From a bacterium (lineage in GTDB: Bacteria > Patescibacteriota > Gracilibacteria > UBA1369 > GCA-2718715), in contig JAUHYY010000001.1 of NCBI GenBank assembly GCA_030426295.1, positions 1 to 46,060 on the forward strand: a stretch of DNA of 46,060 nucleotides. Direction: 5' to 3'. The translations under genes and the position numbers were made by a program. This document shows, piece by piece, positions 1-7,858 of the stretch. Below the pieces are notes generated by a model. The model did not search any database. It was not told the DNA's origin and saw only the letters and a program-made list of their open reading frames with translations. Numbering within the stretch: position 1 is the stretch's first letter; every line of letters starts with the position of its first letter.

Positions 1-1623
1 TTAGATTTACCTGAGAGTATTAACAATGTTTATCAGGCACAGCTTGCTTTTATGGAAGGTAATGTCGCGGAAGCTTTGGTTTTGGTTGAGGGGGCAATTA
101 ATAGTGGTTCTTTGGATAGGGATTTGCAAAATATTGATTTGGGATTGAGCATAAGTGTTGAACAGCAATTTGGTTTTGATTTGCAAAAGTTACCTGAAAG
201 AGCAATTGAGTTGAGGAAACAATGTTATTTCATAGAACTGGATAATTTAGATGCTTTTGTTGAATCTGCGGGGCAAAGATACAGGGCGGGTATATTAACT
301 AATATGAGAGGATTGCGGCATGAATACGATCCTCATGCAGTTGTGGGTCAAATGTTAAATGACATTCGTGTAGGAGTTCAAAGTGGTATGTCTTGGGATG
401 ATGCTTATCAAAGAACTGTTTCTAGATTAGATTATTTTAATCAGCAGGGGGTACAGAATGCGCAAGAGGATGAAGGCTATCAGCCATATGATTTATTGGA
501 AGATTATTCGGAAATATTTAGAGAGTCTGATCCGCGAGTTAGAAGGGAGAAGGTATTAGATTTATCTAGAAGAGCTATGGATACGCATGGACTTTTTGGT
601 GTGGGATATTTTGGTTTAACAGAATCTTTGATTGACAGTGAATTTAGTGATGAGTTTGCTGCTATTTCTCAAGTTCCAGAGTTACAAACGCTTAGAGAAG
701 AAATGCTTGGACGGTTACAAGAGGAAATTGGTGGTTCTATTAGGCGAGATGTCGTTGCTGCTTTGCAACGGTCTTATGGAGAAGAGTGGGCCGCCCTAAG
801 TGTAGAGGAAAGAAATGCAATTATTTCTGAGCGCTTGGATTTAGTTTATGAGAATGTTGCAGACGATATTATGGTTGGTGAAACTATGAGATATGTAGCA
901 AATAATCCCGAAAGATTTTATGAGTTGGGTGGTTTAGTTGAAGTTGCAGATTTATATAATACTGCTGCAGTTCGGTATAATCGAATAATGGTTTTTGAGG
1001 AAATGGTTGAGCCTTTATTGGTTGCAGCAATTGAAACTGCTATTGCTATTCCTTTGGGTGTTGGAATGGGTAACGCAGTAAGAGGTGCTGCTTCTATAGC
1101 AAGAGTTGCGAGAATGGGACGATTAGGTCAGTTTGGTGCATCTGCTGCTGTTCGTTTGTCTCAAGGAGTTACCATTCAAACAGCACGTGGATTGACACGT
1201 GGTGCACTTACTAATGACTGGACTGAGCTCACAAACCTTAGAAATTGGACGTCTGGAGTAGCTGTGGAATCTGTGACTATGGGTTTATTAGGGTATACAT
1301 CTAGATTTGATTTAACGAATGGTCTTGCACTAATGAGTGTTTTAAAAACAGGTGCAGCATATGCGGGTGAAACTACTGCATTAACAATGATAGATAGGGC
1401 TGGGGATAGAATTGCAGGGCGTGAATCAGATACGTTCGCTCAAGATTTTGTTCAAAATGGTTTATTTGTATTTATGGCTAGATCGGTGAGAGGATCTTTA
1501 ACCCTAGGGAGGCGAGCACAGGTTAATAGCAATTCTAGGTTTGCAGAATTGTATAGAGGTTTGAGATCAACTTATGCTGAGGCTGGTGTAAATGTTATTA
1601 ATCCTGATAGAGGTATTATTTAG
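1..1623 (+). CDS. 3' part of a large orphan protein; reading frame is open to the left window edge
   Basis: Frame 1 has no stop from nt 1 (LDLPESINNVYQAQLAF precedes the first ATG at 52); ends TAG 1621-1623. No motif I recognise. The C-terminal third is Gly/Ala/Thr/Arg-rich (AIPLGVGMGNAVRGAASIARVARMGRLGQFGASAAVR). Confidence 0.5.
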   Translation, partial: LDLPESINNVYQAQLAFMEGNVAEALVLVEGAINSGSLDRDLQNIDLGLSISVEQQFGFDLQKLPERAIELRKQCYFIELDNLDAFVESAGQRYRAGILTNMRGLRHEYDPHAVVGQMLNDIRVGVQSGMSWDDAYQRTVSRLDYFNQQGVQNAQEDEGYQPYDLLEDYSEIFRESDPRVRREKVLDLSRRAMDTHGLFGVGYFGLTESLIDSEFSDEFAAISQVPELQTLREEMLGRLQEEIGGSIRRDVVAALQRSYGEEWAALSVEERNAIISERLDLVYENVADDIMVGETMRYVANNPERFYELGGLVEVADLYNTAAVRYNRIMVFEEMVEPLLVAAIETAIAIPLGVGMGNAVRGAASIARVARMGRLGQFGASAAVRLSQGVTIQTARGLTRGALTNDWTELTNLRNWTSGVAVESVTMGLLGYTSRFDLTNGLALMSVLKTGAAYAGETTALTMIDRAGDRIAGRESDTFAQDFVQNGLFVFMARSVRGSLTLGRRAQVNSNSRFAELYRGLRSTYAEAGVNVINPDRGII

Positions 1624-3203
1624 ATTTCTTTAATTTCCTTTGTGGTAAATGTTTTTGTACCTAATATTCCGCCTAAGTAAACTAATCCTCCGATAGGAAT
1701 CAAGATTAGAATGTTGAAGTTTTCGATTAAGTTATAAGTTGGAGCCTTTAAGTAATATACAACTACACCCATTAGGGCTCCAGAAAATAGTACTTTGATG
1801 TTTGTTAGCCACGGAATGCGTATTTCAATTAGTTTTCTGCATGCGACGTAAGTTCCAATTAGAATTATTAGCTCGGAAAGTATTGTGGTTAGGGCTGCTG
1901 CTTCAAATCCGTACTTTGGAATAAAAATTAGATTTGTTGTTACATTAAATATTACACCGATTAAGTTTACGATGAGAAGGTAGCTTTGTTTTTCCATTGC
2001 AACTAGGCTGAATGCGAATAGGGTGTTTAGAAATGCAAAAACCATTGCGACTAGAATTAGTCTTAAGGCGATGTCTGATCCTTTTCTGTATTCGAACGGA
2101 TTCGCTGTGTCGATTGTGAAGTCTTTCTTGATTTCAACGTTTGGGCAAATTGCAGAAGCTTCTTCTGGGCTTTGGTAAACGATTTGTGCGTTGTTAGCAC
2201 AGTGGTAGCCTGTTAAGAATTGTGGGCTAGCGATAGCGAAGGTTAGTGGGAAGGCAAGTAGTGCTCCACCTATTGCGATTGGAACAGCTAGAGTGAAGAG
2301 GAACTTCCAAGACTTGGTGATAAGCATTTGGAACCTTTCTTTGTTTTTGTTAAAGCTTTCTGTGATTGCAGGTAGTGCTGAGTTCATGAAGAAGACAGGT
2401 ATTACCCCGAGGATTTCCATGAATTTTAGACTTACTCCGTAGATACCTACTTGCGTGTAGTTTTGAATTAAACCAAGTAATACTACATCTATTTTGAAGT
2501 AGATTGTGCTTAGTACTAATGAGAGGCCAAGGGGTAAAGATTTGATTACTAGTTCTTTTGTGTATTTCCAATTGAAGTCGACGTAGACTTTTGTGTGTTT
2601 ACTTACAAATAGAATTATTAAGAGTAGGTTGAATATACTTGCGAGGACTCCTGCATAAAGTAAGTAGGTGAATCCTGTCTCAATATTGCCTACTGCAAGT
2701 ACATAGATAGTAAGTGCAATAAATCCAACGTTTAAAATTTTACCTATGGTGAGCGCGATAGTTGCGTATACCATTTTAAGTTTGTATTGAAGAACAGAGC
2801 TTAGGGTTCCTGTTAATAGTGAGAATCCTGTAGTAATTGCAACGAGCCATATTCCTTGAGATACATATGTATGTGCGTATTTTGGAATAAACTGGGCAAT
2901 TATTCCGGCAATTCCAAGCATTGAAATAATAAGTACAGATCGGATTGCGATTATATTAGCTAGAATTTCTGAGATGGATTTTTCTTTTTTTGACATTTCT
3001 CGAACGCCAATTGTGTAGAGTCCGAAATCTGCGGCAATTGCGAAGAATCCGATGTATTCGTAAAGAGTTGTATATTGACCATAAATATCTGCAGGTAAAT
3101 AGTTGGTAATAATTTTGATTGAAATTATTCCAAGTACTGCTGCGAGGAATCTTCCTAGCACCTGCCAAAAAGTGTTCGACAATATTTTTCGAGCAAGGCT
3201 CAT
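1620..3203 (-). CDS. MOP-superfamily oligosaccharide/polysaccharide flippase (Wzx-like polysaccharide biosynthesis protein)
   Basis: 527 aa, polytopic. N-terminus LARKILSNTFWQVLGRFLAAVLGIISIKIITNYLPADIYGQY is typical of Wzx/polysaccharide biosynthesis transporters. Its stop overlaps the convergent gene's stop (TTAG at 1620-1623). Confidence 0.75.
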   Translation of the reverse strand: MSLARKILSNTFWQVLGRFLAAVLGIISIKIITNYLPADIYGQYTTLYEYIGFFAIAADFGLYTIGVREMSKKEKSISEILANIIAIRSVLIISMLGIAGIIAQFIPKYAHTYVSQGIWLVAITTGFSLLTGTLSSVLQYKLKMVYATIALTIGKILNVGFIALTIYVLAVGNIETGFTYLLYAGVLASIFNLLLIILFVSKHTKVYVDFNWKYTKELVIKSLPLGLSLVLSTIYFKIDVVLLGLIQNYTQVGIYGVSLKFMEILGVIPVFFMNSALPAITESFNKNKERFQMLITKSWKFLFTLAVPIAIGGALLAFPLTFAIASPQFLTGYHCANNAQIVYQSPEEASAICPNVEIKKDFTIDTANPFEYRKGSDIALRLILVAMVFAFLNTLFAFSLVAMEKQSYLLIVNLIGVIFNVTTNLIFIPKYGFEAAALTTILSELIILIGTYVACRKLIEIRIPWLTNIKVLFSGALMGVVVYYLKAPTYNLIENFNILILIPIGGLVYLGGILGTKTFTTKEIKEI

Positions 3204-3237
3204 GAATATTTATGATTATAATCCTGAATAGTGTAAG

Positions 3238-3272
3238 TTATTAATTGTTGATTGTTAATTCATTATTAAATG
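3238..3272. repeat. Period-7 tandem repeat (ttattaa ttgttga ttgttaa ttcatta ttaaATG) running into the prfB start
   Basis: Five consecutive heptads read directly from the sequence; same family as the heptad arrays at 6522, 27130, 30742, 33364 and 42257. Confidence 0.6.
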
Positions 3273-4361
3273 CAGGACTATAAACCAAGGCTTGAAGAAA
3301 TCCAGGCGCAGATTGAGAAAGGGTTAAAGGTTATTGATTTACCAAAGTTAAAAGTTCGAAAAGTTGAGCTCGAATCTAAGATGAATGAGCAAGGGTTTTG
3401 GGATAATCCAGATAAAGCCGCTCAAGTCTCGCAAGAAGATGCTCAAGTAGCTGAAGAAATTGAGAAGTGGGAAAATATAAAACGAGATGTAGACGAGTTA
3501 CTTGGGTTGTTGCCATCTATTAAGCCTGAAGAGGATCCAGAAACTGCAGAAGAATTTAAAGAGATGGTTGCGACTCTTGAGAGTCAGTGGGGAGTTTTGA
3601 ATATTGAAACTTTCTTGGGAGGTCGGTTTGATAAGAAGAACGCTGTGGTTACTTTGATATGTGGGACAGGTGGTAAAGATGCTCAAGATTTTACTGATAT
3701 GCTGCTTCGAATGTATTCAAGATATGCTGAAAGTAGAGATTGGAAGGTTGAGGTTTTAGAAGTTTCGGAAGGTGATGAAGTTGGACTTAAGCAGGCGACA
3801 GTTAAGGTGAGTGGTGCATATGTTTACGGATATTTGAAATTTGAGCATGGGGTTCATAGATTGGTGAGACTCTCCCCTTTTAATTCTGGAAATACTCGGG
3901 AGACTTCATTTGCGAAGGTGGATGTTATTCCAGAAGTGCATTTTGAGGATCATATAGAGATTGATGATAAAGATTTGAAGATTGATGTTTACCGTGCATC
4001 AGGTGCTGGTGGTCAGCATGTTAATACTACTGATTCGGCTGTGCGGATTACGCATGTTCCGACTAGTATTGTGGTGCAGTGCCAGAACGAAAGAAGTCAG
4101 CATCAGAATAAAGAAGTTGCTATGCAGATGTTACAGGGGCGATTGCAGACTTTGATGCTTGAAAAACAAGCTGAGACTATTGATGATTTACGTGGGCATA
4201 AATCTGAAGTGAGTTGGGGGAATCAAATTCGTTCTTATGTTTTGCATCCATATAAGATGGTGAAAGACCATCGAACTGATTATGAAGAAAATAATCCTGA
4301 TAAAGTCTTTGATGGCGATATTCATGGATTTGTTGAGAGGGAACTTGAGGTTTTGTCGTAG
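3270..4361 (+). CDS. prfB: Peptide chain release factor 2 (single uninterrupted ORF, no programmed +1 frameshift)
   Basis: SPF tripeptide (RLVRLSPFNSGNTRETSF) and GGQ (YRASGAGGQHVNTTDSAVRITHVPT). 363 aa, collinear with E. coli RF2 from the N-terminus. Confidence 0.95.
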   Translation: MQDYKPRLEEIQAQIEKGLKVIDLPKLKVRKVELESKMNEQGFWDNPDKAAQVSQEDAQVAEEIEKWENIKRDVDELLGLLPSIKPEEDPETAEEFKEMVATLESQWGVLNIETFLGGRFDKKNAVVTLICGTGGKDAQDFTDMLLRMYSRYAESRDWKVEVLEVSEGDEVGLKQATVKVSGAYVYGYLKFEHGVHRLVRLSPFNSGNTRETSFAKVDVIPEVHFEDHIEIDDKDLKIDVYRASGAGGQHVNTTDSAVRITHVPTSIVVQCQNERSQHQNKEVAMQMLQGRLQTLMLEKQAETIDDLRGHKSEVSWGNQIRSYVLHPYKMVKDHRTDYEENNPDKVFDGDIHGFVERELEVLS

Positions 4362-4376
4362 AATTGGGCGGGGTTC

Positions 4377-4400
4377 GCTTCGGCGTCGAAGCTCTTGACG
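4377..4400. repeat. GC-rich palindromic element, copy 1 (gcttcggcgtcgaagctcttgacg)
   Basis: 23/24 nt identical to 34159..34182. Forms a 6-bp stem gcttcg/cgaagc. Lies 16 nt after the prfB stop. Confidence 0.7.
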
Positions 4401-4476
4401 TAGAGTTGGTTTGTGAATTTTTGGTGTGAAATGGCTTAAAGATAAGCTATTATCAATTTGTAATATAAGTTTAGTT

Positions 4477-4935
4477 ATGATTCTCGAAATAATTACAGGT
4501 AAGGATTCTCCGATTTTGCGGACTGTTTGTGATGAAGTAAAAGATTTCGATAAATCTTTGAAGAAGCTAGTCGAAGATATGAAAGAAACTATGCATGATG
4601 CTCGTGGGTTAGGTATTGCTGCGCCGCAAGTAAACATTAATGCTCGAGTATTTATTGTGACTCTTGGTCATGGCACAAAGAATCCAGTTGAGGTGGCTAT
4701 GGTGAACCCAACGATTACAAGTAAATCTAAAGAAACATATGTTGATGAAGAAGGATGCTTAAGTTTGCCAAATACTTATGGTCGAGTTGAGAGACCAAAT
4801 GAGATAAATGTCGAGTATTTTAATATTAAAGGTGAAAAGAAATCCCTAAAGTTGGCTGGTCTTGATGCGAGAGTGGTGCTGCATGAGAATGATCATATTG
4901 ATGGAGTGTTGTTTATAGATAAGCTGGTAGGTTAG
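4477..4935 (+). CDS. def: Peptide deformylase
   Basis: The three deformylase motifs are present: GLGIAAPQV, EGCLSLP and HENDHIDG. Start moved from the track's 4426 to ATG 4477 (MILEIITGKDSPIL), which fits the usual N-terminus. Confidence 0.9.
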   Translation: MILEIITGKDSPILRTVCDEVKDFDKSLKKLVEDMKETMHDARGLGIAAPQVNINARVFIVTLGHGTKNPVEVAMVNPTITSKSKETYVDEEGCLSLPNTYGRVERPNEINVEYFNIKGEKKSLKLAGLDARVVLHENDHIDGVLFIDKLVG

Positions 4936-4963
4936 TTGACAATTATCGTAATGCTGCTATGCT
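4936..4963 (+). promoter_or_regulatory. Sigma-70-type promoter (TTGACA-16-TATGCT) for the ECF sigma gene
   Basis: TTGACA at 4936-4941 begins immediately after the def stop TAG (4933-4935). TATGCT at 4958-4963; ATG at 4986. Confidence 0.5.
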
Positions 4964-4985
4964 TTTTCCTTGTAACTAAATCTAA

Positions 4986-5633
4986 ATGAAAGGTCCAAGA
5001 CTTGAAGGTGATTCTAGAGATGTTCTAACTGGTGAAGAATTTTCTCAGTTAGTTTCTGAAGCGCGCAATACAATGACTGGGGTTGCAATGAAATATATGA
5101 AAAATAGACCAGATGCTGAGGACTTAATTCAGGCAACTCTTGAAAAAGCTTGGAAATCTAGAGATAAGTTCCAAGCGGGAACAAATTTTAGTGCATGGAT
5201 TTTTGTGATAATGCGAAATACTTTTATCAATATTTATAGGAAAAAGAAAAAATCTCTTGAAGTTAATGGTTTCGAAGATGGTGAAATAGAGTGGCGGTAT
5301 GGTAGTGAAGAGCGAGAAACAATTTATCGCGTGGAATCAGTTGAGGGTTTGATGGATACTTTTTCTGATGAAGTTAGAGAGGTCCTAATGGATTTAGAGG
5401 AAGGCTTTAGGAATGTGATAATTCTTTTTATGTTGGAATTTACTTATAAAGAGATTGCAGAGATCTTGGATGTTGCGGTTGGTACTGTTATGTCGCGCTT
5501 ATATAGATCAAGAAGGCATCTAGGCATAGACTTAGATGATTTTGCAAGAGAACAATATGGTATTAACCCTAAGCATTCAGGCGTTGTTAAGGCTATAGCT
5601 GATGTGAACTTAGATAGAGGTGCTGCTGAGTAA
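4986..5633 (+). CDS. ECF-type sigma-70 family RNA polymerase sigma factor
   Basis: Region 2 (DAEDLIQATLEKAWKSRDKFQAGTNFSAWIFVIMRNTFINIYRKKKK) and region 4 HTH (FTYKEIAEILDVAVGTVMSRLYRSRRHL). 3' end overlaps the convergent femAB-like gene by 24 nt. Confidence 0.85.
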   Translation: MKGPRLEGDSRDVLTGEEFSQLVSEARNTMTGVAMKYMKNRPDAEDLIQATLEKAWKSRDKFQAGTNFSAWIFVIMRNTFINIYRKKKKSLEVNGFEDGEIEWRYGSEERETIYRVESVEGLMDTFSDEVREVLMDLEEGFRNVIILFMLEFTYKEIAEILDVAVGTVMSRLYRSRRHLGIDLDDFAREQYGINPKHSGVVKAIADVNLDRGAAE

Positions 5634-6470
5634 TCGTTTCAGTTTTAATCCAAAGTAGTGCAAAGGTTTATGCACTATTACTTTTGATTGTTTCCATTTG
5701 ATGTGTTCGCCGCCGAATTTGGTTTTGAATTGGGTTACTCCTTTGAGTGGGTCTTTTGGTTTTTGTGGATCTGCGATTCCTAGAAAGTCGTAGTACTTAA
5801 ATCCCCTTTTTTTGGCTTCTTTTATTGCGTGCCATTGGAGTAGGTAAGGGGCCATAAGGTTCCTGTGTTTGTTTGATGAAGCTCCGTAGAAGTATGTTGC
5901 TGTGTTGCCGATGTAAGTGTTTAGGATTCCTGCAATTGGTTCGTCGTTTAGGTAGGCCATGAATAGTTTAGCTTTGTTCTTTTTGCCGAGTACGTTCAAG
6001 AATGCTTCGTAATGTTTTTGAGGATTGATGTAGAATCCATCTCGTTTGCCTGTTGCTTCTAAGATTTTATAGAAGTTATTTGATGTTTTTTCTTCTTTGA
6101 TTGTGAGTCCCTTCTTTTCGGCTAGGCGGATGTTGTATCGTCCTTTTTGATGCATGTCTTTTAGAATTTCGTCTTCGGATTTTGAAAGGTCAATTATCAG
6201 TGTGTGTCGAGGAGTGATTTCTCTAAAAAATTTTTTTGGATTCTGCTTTGTAGCTTTGTAGTTTTCGATCAGGGTGAAAATTGCGTTTTCTTGTTTGGCA
6301 ATTTTTTGGAGGTCAGGATTCGTGCTGTTTGTGTGTAGCATGCTCAACTTTTTGTTGAACTGATATTGGTAAACGATTTGGTCGTCAAGTTTGTGGATTT
6401 TTGATGCCTTGCCTGCTTGTAGTTGGGTTTCGGCGAAGTCCTGATCTGTAAATGGATTTGTAAGGTTCAT
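5610..6470 (-). CDS. FemAB-family peptidoglycan interpeptide-bridge aminoacyltransferase (FemX-like)
   Basis: KGRYNIRLAEKKGL and FYGASSNKHRNLMAPYLLQWHAIKEAKKRGFKYYDFLGI are typical of the FemABX family. Confidence 0.75.
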   Translation of the reverse strand: MNLTNPFTDQDFAETQLQAGKASKIHKLDDQIVYQYQFNKKLSMLHTNSTNPDLQKIAKQENAIFTLIENYKATKQNPKKFFREITPRHTLIIDLSKSEDEILKDMHQKGRYNIRLAEKKGLTIKEEKTSNNFYKILEATGKRDGFYINPQKHYEAFLNVLGKKNKAKLFMAYLNDEPIAGILNTYIGNTATYFYGASSNKHRNLMAPYLLQWHAIKEAKKRGFKYYDFLGIADPQKPKDPLKGVTQFKTKFGGEHIKWKQSKVIVHKPLHYFGLKLKRLLSSTSI

Positions 6471-6484
6471 GGCTTAAGAGTAAT

Positions 6485-6517
6485 AAAAAACCGGCCTAAT
6501 TGGTAGGCCGGTTTTTT
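6485..6517 (-). terminator. Rho-independent terminator after ftsZ
   Basis: Stem ccggcct (6491-6497) pairs with aggccgg (6505-6511), loop aattggt. Flanked by an A-run and a T-run, so it could act in both directions. Confidence 0.8.
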
Positions 6518-6521
6518 GTAT

Positions 6522-6549
6522 GGCTAATTGCTAATGGCAAATAGCTTAT
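6522..6549. repeat. Period-7 tandem repeat (ggctaat tgctaat ggcaaat agcttat) spanning the ftsZ stop codon
   Basis: Four heptads read directly from the sequence; lies between the ftsZ stop (6546-6548) and its terminator. Confidence 0.6.
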
Positions 6550-7796
6550 CTGTTCATTTTGTTTCTAATGAATGCAGGAATATCTAGTTCGCTTTCGCTT
6601 TGCTCTAGGCCTTGGTGTTGGCTTTGCTGCATGTTCATTAGAGGTTCTTGTGTTTCTTGAGTTTGAGTAGCTTGTGTTTGAGTTGCTTGTTGTTGAGTGT
6701 TTGTTCCTCCAAGAGCTGCTGAGTGGAATCCAGAATGTTGAAGTCTATTTTGTTTTTTAACATCGTCGAATCCAGTTGCTACTACAGTGATTTTGATTTC
6801 ACCTGTGTAGTTGTCGTTTACTACTGTACCGAAGATAATTGTTGCATCTGGGTCAGCTGCTTCTGTGATTACTCTAGCTGCTTCGTCTACTTCGAACATC
6901 GATAGGTCGTTACCACCTGTAATGTTGAATAGAATTCCTTTAGCACCTTCGATGTCTTGTTCAAGTAGAGGACTGCTTACAGCTGCTTTAGCTGCTTCTA
7001 GTGCTCTGTTTTCACCTGAACCGTAACCGATACCCATAAGGGCTGATCCAGCGTTTTCCATTACGGTTTTAACATCGGCGAAATCCACATTGATCATACC
7101 GTGAACTGTAATTAGGTCAGCGATACCTTGCACACCTTGTCTTAGGATGTCGTCTACTACTGTGAAGGCTTCTGTTAGTGGAGTCTTTTTGTCGATGATA
7201 GATAGAATTCTGTCGTTTGGAATAGTGATAAGTGTATCAACTTTTTCTTTAAGAGTTTGTAACCCTTCATCACATTGAGATTTTCTTCTTGGTCCTTCGA
7301 ATGAGAATGGTTTTGTTACAACACCTACTGTTAAGATTCCAAGTTCTTTAGCGATTTCTGCTACTACTGGTGCAGCACCTGTACCAGTACCACCACCAAG
7401 TCCACATGTAATGAATACCATGTCTGCTCCTTCAAGCATTGATTTGATTTCTTCTGAGCTTTCTTCGGCAGATTGTCTACCCATGTCTGGGTTACTTCCT
7501 GCACCGAGTCCTCTAGTAGTTGCTTTACCAATGTTTACTTTATTTGGAGCTTCTGAATGGTAAAGAGCTTGAGCGTCAGTGTTAACTGCGCTGAATTCAA
7601 CGCCTTTAAGGTTAGCTCGGATCATTCTGTTTACTGCGTTGTTACCACCGCCACCACAACCAATTACTTTGATCTTGGCAACCGGAGTAACGTCTGGAGT
7701 TACCTCCATAGTTTTAGAAGATTTCTTTGGACCTGAAAACAGGTTCTTGAGAGTATCTTCTGAGTTTGTTGTTCTATCGTCAGACATAGTACTCAT
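6546..7796 (-). CDS. ftsZ: Cell division GTPase FtsZ
   Basis: [14 protein letters not shown] and the tubulin signature [13 protein letters not shown]-terminal anchor peptide DIPAFIRNK. Gln/Thr-rich linker [17 protein letters not shown]-terminal extension of about 40 aa. Confidence 0.97.
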   Translation of the reverse strand: MSTMSDDRTTNSEDTLKNLFSGPKKSSKTMEVTPDVTPVAKIKVIGCGGGGNNAVNRMIRANLKGVEFSAVNTDAQALYHSEAPNKVNIGKATTRGLGAGSNPDMGRQSAEESSEEIKSMLEGADMVFITCGLGGGTGTGAAPVVAEIAKELGILTVGVVTKPFSFEGPRRKSQCDEGLQTLKEKVDTLITIPNDRILSIIDKKTPLTEAFTVVDDILRQGVQGIADLITVHGMINVDFADVKTVMENAGSALMGIGYGSGENRALEAAKAAVSSPLLEQDIEGAKGILFNITGGNDLSMFEVDEAARVITEAADPDATIIFGTVVNDNYTGEIKITVVATGFDDVKKQNRLQHSGFHSAALGGTNTQQQATQTQATQTQETQEPLMNMQQSQHQGLEQSESELDIPAFIRNKMNR

Positions 7797-7858
7797 AGTT
7801 AATTGTTTATATTATTGTTTTCAAAATGGTTGGGTTCGTTGCAGTCGTTACTAAACAA

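Noticed and set aside
3330-3360. Programmed +1 frameshift site in prfB
   Set aside because: I looked for it around codons 20-30. The ORF is continuous from ATG 3270, with no in-frame stop and no CUU UGA motif.
4426-4476. Longer N-terminal extensions proposed by the ORF track (def 4426, GT4 16086, Cys-rich 22932, dipZ-like 24273, zwf 27147, sufC TTG 41507)
   Set aside because: The internal ATGs restore the canonical family N-termini (MILEIITG, MRIGID, MNNFIEKF, MEFLLLFAF, MMIKAEKNFTMIIFGASG, MIKTLEITNL). The extensions also overlap promoters, heptad repeats or neighbouring genes.
4188-4637. 149-aa minus-strand ORF spanning the prfB 3' end and def 5' end; similar long antisense ORFs at 27975..28442, 31424..31867, 32054..32503 and 18896..19240
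   Set aside because: All lie antisense to well-supported genes. Their composition is low-complexity and rich in Ser, Asn, Ile and Arg, and they have no motifs. I treat them as frame artefacts.
6650-6720. The Gln/Thr repeat DNA in the ftsZ linker as a separate repeat element
   Set aside because: It is a short, imperfect coding repeat ([14 protein letters not shown]) within the naturally variable FtsZ C-terminal linker. It is ordinary.
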